Shown in pieces: positions 57,049 through 64,000 of a DNA stretch of 64,000 nt. The stretch lies in IMG/VR virus record IMGVR_UViG_3300011559_000001, positions 246,883 through 310,882 of that record. One strand, given 5' to 3'. A program made the translations under genes and the position numbers. The stretch is from a virus. Lineage: Duplodnaviria > Caudoviricetes. The notes beneath the pieces are model-generated. The model had not been told where the DNA came from. It saw only the letters and a list, made by a program, of their open reading frames with translations, and did not search any database. Each line of letters opens with the position of its first letter. Positions within the stretch are counted from its first letter, which is position 1.

Positions 57049-57112
57049 CGGAACACACCCCCACCCTTCGGGGTGGGGGCTTTATGCTGTCTTTCATAAC
57101 CAAGGAGTTTGT

Positions 57113-57433
57113 ATGTTCGCTTGGCTCAAGCGACGCTTCCAATCAAAGCGCCGTCAAGAAAAGATCAAAGAAGCTGTGGCTGAGTTGCTGTCCTTGGCCG
57201 ACGCACTGAAGATCTCCCGCGTGGATATGGCACTGGCCGTTTACGAACGCACCATCGACTTTGACACGTTCGATTGGACGGGCGAGGGTCATGAGCGACG
57301 TCGCAAGGTTCTCAACGAGGTCGTGCGCGTGAAGCTGGTGCCGCCGGCGCGTTGGACTGCAATCAACTCCGACCCCAACGAATTCGTGAAGGTGGCTGAG
57401 TGGTTGGCCAAACCTTCATTGATCGGATTGTAA
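57113..57433 (+). CDS. hypothetical protein
   Basis: AAGGAG RBS. Confidence 0.55.
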   Translation: MFAWLKRRFQSKRRQEKIKEAVAELLSLADALKISRVDMALAVYERTIDFDTFDWTGEGHERRRKVLNEVVRVKLVPPARWTAINSDPNEFVKVAEWLAKPSLIGL

Positions 57434-57541
57434 GTTGCAGTTAGTTTTTACCGAGCAGACTGACACTGTGTAGGTAGCAGCCTGCTTTCTACAGCTAGGG
57501 GATAGACCCCTTTCTCCACCCCACCATAGATAGGAATTATC

Positions 57542-58627
57542 ATGGACACGCAACACGATTACTCGGTTTTCATTGGACGCTTCGAACCTTTCCACAACGG
57601 CCACTTGGCCGTGGCCCGCAAGGCGCTGGAGCTGGGCAAGAAGCTGATCGTCATCATCGGTACCGCCAACCGCCCGCGCACGATCAAGAACCCCTGGGTT
57701 GTTGAAGAACGCGCGGTCATGATCCGTTCGGCCCTGGCCGAATACGGTGATCGGGTCATCATCGGACAGGTGCGTGATCACCTGTACAACGAAGACCTGT
57801 GGCTTGCTGATGTGCAGCGCGTGGTGCGCGATGCGGTGGCTTTCGACAAAGAAGCGCCCGAAAAGCCCATCATCCGCATGATCGGTCAGTCCAAGGACGA
57901 CTCGAGTTATTACCTCAAGAAGTTCCCGCAATGGCCGGTGGTCGACGTACAGCACACCGCTGTGCTCTCGGCAACGGATCTGCGCCGGTACCTCTTCGAG
58001 GCCCGCAAGGTGGAGACTCACGGTGGCATGATGTACATCCGTGCCAACGTCCCGGCGTCCACCTACGCCATGATCGATGCTTTCCGTCACAGCTCGCCGG
58101 ATTACGACCAGCTGCTGCGGGAGTACGATTACATCAAGGACTACAAGGCTGGTTGGGCTGGTTCTCCGCACGAAGTGTCCTTCAACACGGTCGACTCTGT
58201 CGTGACGTGTGCTGGTCACATCTTGCTGGTCAAGCGCAAGCCCGAACCCGGTAAGGGCCTGTGGGCACTGCCCGGTGGCTTCATCAAGCCGCACCAGACG
58301 GCGCTGAAAGCGTCCCTGGCCGAGCTGCGTGAAGAAACCCGTCTGAAGGTTCCGGAAAAGGTGATCATCGGTTCGCTGCGCAATCAGCGACTGTACGATC
58401 ATCCCGAACGCAGTCTGCGTGGCCGGACGTTTACCCAAACGTTCCATTACGCGCTGGACTTTGATGAACGACCCAAGGTCCGTGGTGGCGACGACGCCAA
58501 AGAAGCAAGGTGGTTCCCCTTCAGCGAAGCCCTGGAAATGGGCGCCCGGCTGTTTGAAGACCACTTGGACATCTTCGAGAACGAGCTGGGCATGCATGCT
58601 CCGCCGCTCCCCTCGTTGGTGTTCTAA
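57542..58627 (+). CDS. nadM: bifunctional NMN adenylyltransferase / Nudix hydrolase (NadM-Nudix)
   Basis: GRFEPFHNGH, SATDLR, Nudix box LPGGF..ELREET, GGDDA. Confidence 0.95.
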   Translation: MDTQHDYSVFIGRFEPFHNGHLAVARKALELGKKLIVIIGTANRPRTIKNPWVVEERAVMIRSALAEYGDRVIIGQVRDHLYNEDLWLADVQRVVRDAVAFDKEAPEKPIIRMIGQSKDDSSYYLKKFPQWPVVDVQHTAVLSATDLRRYLFEARKVETHGGMMYIRANVPASTYAMIDAFRHSSPDYDQLLREYDYIKDYKAGWAGSPHEVSFNTVDSVVTCAGHILLVKRKPEPGKGLWALPGGFIKPHQTALKASLAELREETRLKVPEKVIIGSLRNQRLYDHPERSLRGRTFTQTFHYALDFDERPKVRGGDDAKEARWFPFSEALEMGARLFEDHLDIFENELGMHAPPLPSLVF

Positions 58628-58700
58628 GTAACACCGTTCCAAAACCCAACGCAACATCACGTGAATCAGCCGGAAGGGTAGACCTCCGGTTCACACCGAC

Positions 58701-60107
58701 ATGAAGGAACTTCAGTCAATGTACATCGAAAACCCGATCCTCAACACCGACAGCTACAAGGCCAGCCATTGGGTCCAGTACCCGCCGAACACGGACGATA
58801 CGTTCTTCTACGCAGAGTCCCGTGGTGGTGAGTACGACCAGACGGTGTTCTTCGGCCTGCAGGCCATCCTCAAGGCCAACCTGCGACCGATCACCCACGC
58901 CGATGTCAACGAAGCTGCGATGTTGTTCGCAGCGCATGGCGAGCCGTTCAACGTGGACGGTTGGCGCCATATCGTGGACAAGCACAACGGTCGTCTACCC
59001 CTGCGCATCCGCGCCGTGGCCGAGGGTACGGTGGTGCCGACGCACAACGCGTTGATCACCGTCCAGCCCACCGATCCGAAGTGCTATTGGCTGCCCTCGT
59101 ATCTGGAACCCATCCTGATGCGTTCGTGGTACCCCACCACTGTTGCAACGGTCAGCTGGGCGTGCAAGCGGGTCATCCGCTCGTACCTTGAGCAGACCAG
59201 CGACATCCCCGACGACGTCCTACCCTTCAAGCTCCACGACTTCGGCGCGCGCGGCGTGTCGAGCACCGAGAGCTCGGGCCTGGGCGGCATGGCACACCTG
59301 GTGAACTTCCAGGGCACGGACACCGTGCTCGGCCTGGTGTACGCCTCGCGCTTCTACAAGGCCGGCATGGCCGGCTTCTCGGTCCCTGCGGCTGAGCATG
59401 CCACCATTACCCCGTGGGGTCGTGATGGCGAAGTGGAAGCCTACCGCAACATGCTGAAGCAATTCGGCCGTGAAGGCGGTATCGTCTCGGTGGTCTCGGA
59501 CAGCTACGACATCTACCACGCTATTAGCGAGCACTGGGGTAAAACCCTTCGCGAAGACGTGATCAACTCGGGGGCAACCCTGGTGATCCGTCCGGACTCG
59601 GGCGATCCGGTGGAAGTCGTGCTGACGTGCTTGGAACTGATCGACGCTGCCTTTGGCAGTACGGTCAATGCCAAGGGCTTCAAGGTCCTCAACCACGTGC
59701 GTGTGCTGCAAGGCGACGGCATCGATCCGGCCATGCTGGAGGCAATCCTCCAGGCCAGTACTGAGCTGGGTTACTCCGCTGAGAACTTGGTCTTCGGCAT
59801 GGGCGGCGGGCTGCTCCAGAAGGTCAACCGTGATACGCAGAAGTTCGCACTCAAGTGCTCGGCTGCGCGCGTCAATGGCGAATGGATCGACGTCTACAAG
59901 GACCCGATTACCGATAGCGGCAAGCGCTCCAAGCGTGGCCGTCTGTCGCTGTTCCGCCACCGTGAATACGGCACCTTCCAGACCTTCCGCACTGACGGCC
60001 GTGATCACATCCCGGCCGGCTATGATGATGCGATGGTGACTGTGTGGGCCAACGGTCAGTTCGTGCAGGAATGGACCTTTGATCAGGTCCGTGCCAACGC
60101 AGGCTGA
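58701..60107 (+). CDS. nadV: nicotinamide phosphoribosyltransferase
   Basis: TDSYKASH, LHDFGARG, PAAEH, SVVSDSYD, IRPDSGDP, QGDG, GMGGGLLQKVNRDT. Confidence 0.95.
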   Translation: MKELQSMYIENPILNTDSYKASHWVQYPPNTDDTFFYAESRGGEYDQTVFFGLQAILKANLRPITHADVNEAAMLFAAHGEPFNVDGWRHIVDKHNGRLPLRIRAVAEGTVVPTHNALITVQPTDPKCYWLPSYLEPILMRSWYPTTVATVSWACKRVIRSYLEQTSDIPDDVLPFKLHDFGARGVSSTESSGLGGMAHLVNFQGTDTVLGLVYASRFYKAGMAGFSVPAAEHATITPWGRDGEVEAYRNMLKQFGREGGIVSVVSDSYDIYHAISEHWGKTLREDVINSGATLVIRPDSGDPVEVVLTCLELIDAAFGSTVNAKGFKVLNHVRVLQGDGIDPAMLEAILQASTELGYSAENLVFGMGGGLLQKVNRDTQKFALKCSAARVNGEWIDVYKDPITDSGKRSKRGRLSLFRHREYGTFQTFRTDGRDHIPAGYDDAMVTVWANGQFVQEWTFDQVRANAG

Positions 60108-60339
60108 TCGCGTAACACCTTTGTGAACGCCAACCCCCTTCTCCGAATGTCGGCTGCGACTCGGCGGTAGAGCTAGGGGGAAGGCACCTTCGGAAAACTG
60201 TAGGTGGATAACCGAAGTAAGTCGCTCCGGCCGCCCTTGTGGCCAAACTTTGTAACTAGTGGTTGACGTGGGTTGGCACAGCGTTTGAGCGACACCTGCC
60301 TTCTCTGATCAACGGAACCTTCACCCCTTACCCCATTCA

Positions 60340-60693
60340 ATGGACGGACCAATGAACGACGCAGTTGTGGAAACCTCGGAAGTGGAACAGCTGCGCGTGC
60401 AGTTGGCTGGCTGTGGCGTGATCGCCATGAGCAACACCCGTAAGGCCCTCGCACAGCAGATGCCTGTGCGCGGCGCCTACGGTTACTCGGCTTCGTTGCA
60501 GGACGTCTACGAAGGCGTGCTGCGCGAGATTGAACACCGTGAGAGCTCTGAAGCTCTCCAGGCGGCGATTGCCAAGATCATCCCGCTGGCCAACAAGGAA
60601 ACGCTGCTGGCTCTGGCCGGTGAGTTCCACGACGGTCCGGTCCGTTTCCCCACGTTGGTCGAACAGCTCACTGAAGCGGCCAACAAGCTTTAA
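60340..60693 (+). CDS. hypothetical protein
   Basis: EQLRVQLAGCGVIA..N..Y.SASLQDV; coding-like codon usage. Confidence 0.6.
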   Translation: MDGPMNDAVVETSEVEQLRVQLAGCGVIAMSNTRKALAQQMPVRGAYGYSASLQDVYEGVLREIEHRESSEALQAAIAKIIPLANKETLLALAGEFHDGPVRFPTLVEQLTEAANKL

Positions 60694-60992
60694 AGAGTTG
60701 GGTTAGTCTGCCCCAGTTGGGCGGGGATCACATGTGTGTTAGGCCTTGCGCCCCCATAGTCGCGAAAGCGAACCTTCCGACCATCAATCGGATTGACCAC
60801 AGTGGTTTTCAAACACAAAGCGGACGCTAAGACCGGGGTCGATATACTCGGTCAGCAAAGGCGAAGGCGTCGTGCACGGCGCCGGATGCGCTAGCATCAC
60901 CTTTGTTTGGATTGGTCTCCTTAGCCTGCAGCACATTGCGTCTTCAGACCCAACGTAGTGTGCTGTGGGGTAAGTGACTTTAGGAGAGAGAC

Positions 60993-61415
60993 ATGGTTGC
61001 ATTCGAAGAGAGCAGGCTTGCAATGACGCCTCAGCAGAGGAACCTGTTTGCACTACGTAAGCCCAGGATCGGTGACAGGTGGCACGAGCGGGTTTGTCTA
61101 CCCGCCGGCGAGGTTGAGCTTGCGATGAATAACAGGTACGTAGTAGTCTTGTTGAAAGAAGGCGATCGTCGCTTCTGGACCGTGGAAGAGTACGCCAACT
61201 ACTACCTGTACAAGTCTGGTCCGCGCGATGCAACGTGGTGCAATGTCACTCTCTCCACTGTGGAGTATGAGCCGTTGGCTCTGGAGTGGTACGTCTATTT
61301 CTTTTTCAATCGTTGGCGCCAGCAGTGGCGAGCACGAATGGATCGCTGGGGTAAGATGCCGCGGTCATTGAAGTTGGGTCGCTGGACGTTGAAGCTGGAA
61401 CGCAACGCGCGTTAA
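60993..61415 (+). CDS. hypothetical protein
   Basis: AGGAG RBS. Confidence 0.55.
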   Translation: MVAFEESRLAMTPQQRNLFALRKPRIGDRWHERVCLPAGEVELAMNNRYVVVLLKEGDRRFWTVEEYANYYLYKSGPRDATWCNVTLSTVEYEPLALEWYVYFFFNRWRQQWRARMDRWGKMPRSLKLGRWTLKLERNAR

Positions 61416-61468
61416 AGTTTACACCGTTCCATAATCCTGCGAGACCCACATCCCGCTTAGGACCTGAC

Positions 61469-61669
61469 ATGTCATCGTTGTTGGAAGGAATTGCGATGAC
61501 CATTGGCGTGCTGCTGCTGGTCGTCTTTACAGCAGCCGCATTGTTGACCATTGTCCTTCTGGCTGCGCTGACATGCGCTACGATCATCATCACCAGTCCG
61601 TTCTGGTTGTTGGTGGCGTTGTTCAGACCTGAGGCGTTCAAGGGGGCCGTCGATGCAGCGATGCGCTGA
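61469..61669 (+). CDS. small membrane protein
   Basis: AGGA RBS; long hydrophobic stretch. Confidence 0.5.
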   Translation: MSSLLEGIAMTIGVLLLVVFTAAALLTIVLLAALTCATIIITSPFWLLVALFRPEAFKGAVDAAMR

Positions 61670-61934
61670 GTGCGGTTGCCGCACGCCATGGGGTGAGTCA
61701 CTCCAGCACTTCATCGGATGTGAGCACACCTCCTCACACGGCAAGGGCCAAGCACAATCACTGGCCGACTTCCTGTCGGGCAAGATCGAACGTGTTGGTG
61801 TAAGTCGTACCGATCTGGATCACACCTACGAACGGTTCAAGCGTATCTTCGGAAACCAACCCGCAGGTCCGAACTTGCTGAACGTAGGTACTGATCCGAA
61901 GCTGCTGAAACACCTGTTGGTAAATTTGCACTAG
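61653..61934 (+). CDS. hypothetical protein with CxxC..HxxxC
   Basis: CAECG...HFIGC; overlaps the upstream gene end. Confidence 0.4.
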   Translation: MQRCAECGCRTPWGESLQHFIGCEHTSSHGKGQAQSLADFLSGKIERVGVSRTDLDHTYERFKRIFGNQPAGPNLLNVGTDPKLLKHLLVNLH

Positions 61935-62011
61935 CGAATTGCCTATGGTATGTAACACACCTCTGCCGACAGTGCAGAGTAATACCCTGTGCCCTTAAAA
62001 CGGTACAGCAC

Positions 62012-62101
62012 GGATCGATGGCAGAGTCTGGCTTATTGCACTTGTCTCGAAAACAAGAGTGGGGAAACTCACCGTAGGTTCAAATCCTACTCGATCCGCC
62101 A
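62012..62101 (+). tRNA. tRNA-Ser(CGA)
   Basis: CTTGT-CTCGAAA-ACAAG, long variable arm, GCCA. Confidence 0.9.
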
Positions 62102-62236
62102 AATGAAACCCTCTAAAGCATCGCAACGCTACGGCACGTGAACCCGAGCGTATACTCCGCGCGCCGCCCTTCCTGGGGGCACCGCCGGGAGGTGTAGATG
62201 GTCGCCCACTATGGTCGATGGGGTTAACCTTCATGA

Positions 62237-62313
62237 TGGGGAGTCGCCTAGAGGCCTAGGGCCCCAGGTTTTGATCCTGGTATTCGTAGGTTCGAATCCT
62301 ACCTCCCTAGCCA
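62237..62313 (+). tRNA. tRNA-Gln(TTG)
   Basis: CCAGG-TTTTGAT-CCTGG, GCCA. Confidence 0.9.
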
Positions 62314-62335
62314 CATTTGTAATATCAGCAACACT

Positions 62336-62411
62336 GGGTCGGTAGCTCAATTGGCAGAGCGGCGAGCTCCAAATTCGTCGGTTGCGGGTTCAAGTCCTTC
62401 CCGGCCCGCCA
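62336..62411 (+). tRNA. tRNA-Trp(CCA)
   Basis: GCGAG-CTCCAAA-TTCGT, GCCA; imperfect T-stem. Confidence 0.85.
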
Positions 62412-62420
62412 CGTTTCAAC

Positions 62421-62496
62421 ACAGCGTTCATCTAGAGGCCTAGGATCGCGCACTTTCACTGCGCTAACACGGGTTCGAATCCCGTACGCTGTACCA
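62421..62496 (+). tRNA. tRNA-Glu(TTC)
   Basis: GCGCA-CTTTCAC-TGCGC, ACCA. Confidence 0.9.
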
Positions 62497-62511
62497 CCTC
62501 AAGGAAGTGCA

Positions 62512-62874
62512 ATGTTCCTCAAGCATTACCAAGTCAAAGCCCCCACGGGGCTGACGCCGGAGCAGGAGCAGTTCTGGAACGAGGAGTTCCTGACCGCCCT
62601 TGGCCGTGCCAGTGGCTTCAGTGTCACCGTCAACGAACGCGGTGTCCAGTCGATGGTCGTGTCCTTCACTCTGAACGAGCGTGAGGCTGTCGCAGCCGGT
62701 GAGTGGTTCATCACCAAGCTGATGATGGACCCGACCACGAAGGAAACGGGTCCGCTGTGGAACAAGAAGGAAAACCTGCCCAAGCTGATCACCGCTGCAG
62801 GCGAGTATTCGTTCTTCGTGTCCATGCTCGCCGACGGTCAGTGGTACCTCCAGATCTACCCGGTAGTGTTCTAA
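62512..62874 (+). CDS. hypothetical protein within the tRNA array
   Basis: AAGGA RBS; coding-like codon usage. Confidence 0.6.
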   Translation: MFLKHYQVKAPTGLTPEQEQFWNEEFLTALGRASGFSVTVNERGVQSMVVSFTLNEREAVAAGEWFITKLMMDPTTKETGPLWNKKENLPKLITAAGEYSFFVSMLADGQWYLQIYPVVF

Positions 62875-62881
62875 GTTTCGT

Positions 62882-62957
62882 TGTGGATTAGCTCAGTTGG
62901 TAGAGCGTTCCCCTGATAAGGGAAAGGTCGATGGTTCGAGTCCATTATCCGCAACCA
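62882..62957 (+). tRNA. tRNA-Ile(GAT)
   Basis: TTCCC-CTGATAA-GGGAA, ACCA. Confidence 0.9.
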
Positions 62958-62964
62958 GTTTTAC

Positions 62965-63038
62965 GGCCCTTGTGTAGACGCCCAGCGGACGGTGCACTCT
63001 GCGAAGGCGAGACGACGACGGTCGACTAAGGGCCACCA
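62965..63038 (+). ncRNA. CCA-ended RNA with an acceptor-like stem but no D/T arms
   Basis: GGCCCTTG/TAAGGGCC followed by ACCA; no TTCRA. Confidence 0.55.
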
Positions 63039-63043
63039 TTTCA

Positions 63044-63131
63044 GGGCATGTGCGTGAGCGGTTTAAACGACCGGGGTGCTAACCCGACGATCCTTCGGGA
63101 TCCGTAGGTTCAAATCCTACCATGTCCGCCA
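63044..63131 (+). tRNA. tRNA-Ser(GCT)
   Basis: CGGG-GTGCTAA-CCCG, variable arm GATCC-TTCG-GGATC, GCCA. Confidence 0.85.
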
Positions 63132-63136
63132 TCTTC

Positions 63137-63222
63137 GTGGAGATCTAGGTATCGAGTCCTAGCAGCCGGTGACCTTCGGGGGCGCTGACTGTAGCTCAAT
63201 AGAGAGCGCTGCGATCCCCCGC
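63137..63222 (+). ncRNA. permuted tRNA mimic (YrlA/Y RNA-like)
   Basis: Order is T-arm (CTAGG-TATCGAGT-CCTAG), UUCG-closed acceptor-like stem, D-arm (TA-GCTC-AATAGA-GAGC), terminal stem. Confidence 0.65.
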
Positions 63223-63281
63223 ACTGTCGTAGAGCTGCAAGGCTTCGGCCGGACTCTACTTCTTTGCGGGTATTACATTCA

Positions 63282-63358
63282 CGCGTCTTAGCTCAGCTGG
63301 TTAGAGCAAGAGAATCATAATCTCTTTGTCCGGGGTTCGAATCCCTGAGACGCGACCA
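63282..63358 (+). tRNA. tRNA-CAT (elongator Met or Ile2)
   Basis: AGAGA-ATCATAA-TCTCT, ACCA. Confidence 0.85.
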
Positions 63359-63360
63359 AA

Positions 63361-63502
63361 ACAAGAACCACAATCACGGACATCGGTCCGTGACCCGCAC
63401 AGGCCTCGGCAGGGTGGAAAAATCTGGAGTATTGTCATCCGGTACTCTGGTGACTGGCAAGCCGCCCACGCAAGTGGGCTAGTCAGCCGCTGTGGTTCTT
63501 GT
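63361..63502 (+). ncRNA. multibranch structured RNA
   Basis: Perfect 12-bp closing stem ACAAGAACCACA/TGTGGTTCTTGT with at least three internal hairpins. Confidence 0.6.
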
Positions 63503-63673
63503 CTGTCCCTGAGTCAAGGCAGGTAGTCCTTGGACGGAAGCATGCTCCGTATTGTCCAGAGTGAAAGGGCAGACGTTAAACCGCTGGAGGCGAACCAAGC
63601 CGACCGGGGATACGCATGTAAGTGTGGGTTGGTAGTGACCGCCTTCGGGCGGTTGCGTTTAGTGTACTAAGGT

Positions 63674-63747
63674 GTGGCCGTAGCTCAGCTGGTAAGAGCG
63701 CTGCACTGTGAATGCGGAGGTCGTGGGTTCAAGTCCCACCGGACACC
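63674..63747 (+). tRNA. atypical tRNA-His(GTG)
   Basis: CTGCA-CTGTGAA-TGCGG; no encoded CCA, no G-1, one acceptor mismatch. Confidence 0.7.
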
Positions 63748-63771
63748 CCTTAGTGCATTTGAGTTTCTGTA

Positions 63772-63925
63772 GCGATAGTAGCTCAGTTGGTAGAGTGTCC
63801 GTCCCGATCCCTTAACTCAGTCAGGTAGAGTACCGGGCCAATACCCCGGGAGTCATCGGTTCAAATCCGATAGGGGTCACCATCCAAACGGAAGGTCGCG
63901 AGTTCGATACTCGCCTATCGCTCCA
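63772..63925 (+). tRNA. interrupted tRNA-Gly(TCC) with a tRNA inserted in its anticodon loop
   Basis: GCGATAG/CTATCGC followed by TCCA, D and T arms, TCCGT/ACGGA anticodon stem enclosing an 85-nt loop. Confidence 0.8.
63806..63882 (+). tRNA. nested tRNA-like element (loop CCAATAC, nominal anticodon AAT)
   Basis: GATCCCT/AGGGGTC followed by ACCA, ACTC/GAGT D-stem, CCGGG/CCCGG, ATCGG-TTCAAAT-CCGAT. Confidence 0.8.
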
Positions 63926-63935
63926 TCGTTTCACC

Positions 63936-64000
63936 GGACAAGTGGTCGAGAGGCTAAAGACAGTGAGCACGGCCTTCGGGACACTCACGGTTCAGGGACA
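63936..64000 (+). ncRNA. tRNA-like RNA with an enlarged anticodon loop (truncated at window end)
   Basis: GGACAAG-TG-GTCGAGAGGCTAAAGAC D-arm; GTGAG/CTCAC stem around a 16-nt loop containing CC-TTCG-GG. Confidence 0.55.

Noticed and set aside
57434-57540. NrtR box or NAD riboswitch upstream of nadM
   Set aside because: Only a half-site-like TGACACT is present, with no convincing palindrome or recognisable aptamer.
62965-63038. tmRNA or SRP RNA call
   Set aside because: No G3.U70, T-arm or tag reading frame, and no SRP helix-8 motif.
1-64000. CRISPR array or IS/transposase
   Set aside because: No regularly spaced direct repeats and no transposase or integrase motifs were seen.
1-64000. Stop-codon reassignment
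   Set aside because: Core genes are intact in code 11 and no suppressor tRNA was seen.

Overview
This window is part of a high-GC phiKZ-like jumbo phage genome (nucleus-forming, Chimalliviridae type); family calls come from motif recognition and gene order, not database searches. Bases 1-42 kb are mostly core genes: the end of a non-virion RNAP subunit, an SF2 helicase, the exonuclease half of a split PolB, a virion RNAP beta' subunit, baseplate/tail proteins and head proteins rich in S-x-E prohead-protease sites. Short accessory islands driven by a repeated promoter motif interrupt this block. Bases 42-61 kb are accessory: dTMP kinase, DHH and HD phosphoesterases, endolysin, an ART-like protein, SLOG, ThyA, CreA, an RNA ligase, NadM-Nudix plus Nampt NAD salvage, and many small membrane proteins. 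Bases 55-64 kb hold tRNAs mixed with unusual RNAs. The most striking is a complete CCA-ended tRNA nested inside the anticodon loop of a tRNA-Gly, near a permuted YrlA-like tRNA mimic, other altered tRNAs and several unassigned structured RNAs, with a phage RNA ligase about 7 kb upstream. Other highlights are two tandem divergent Tad1-like sponge genes, a probable -1 frameshifted tail chaperone, a head protein built like a polyprotein, and a split LapG-like protease.
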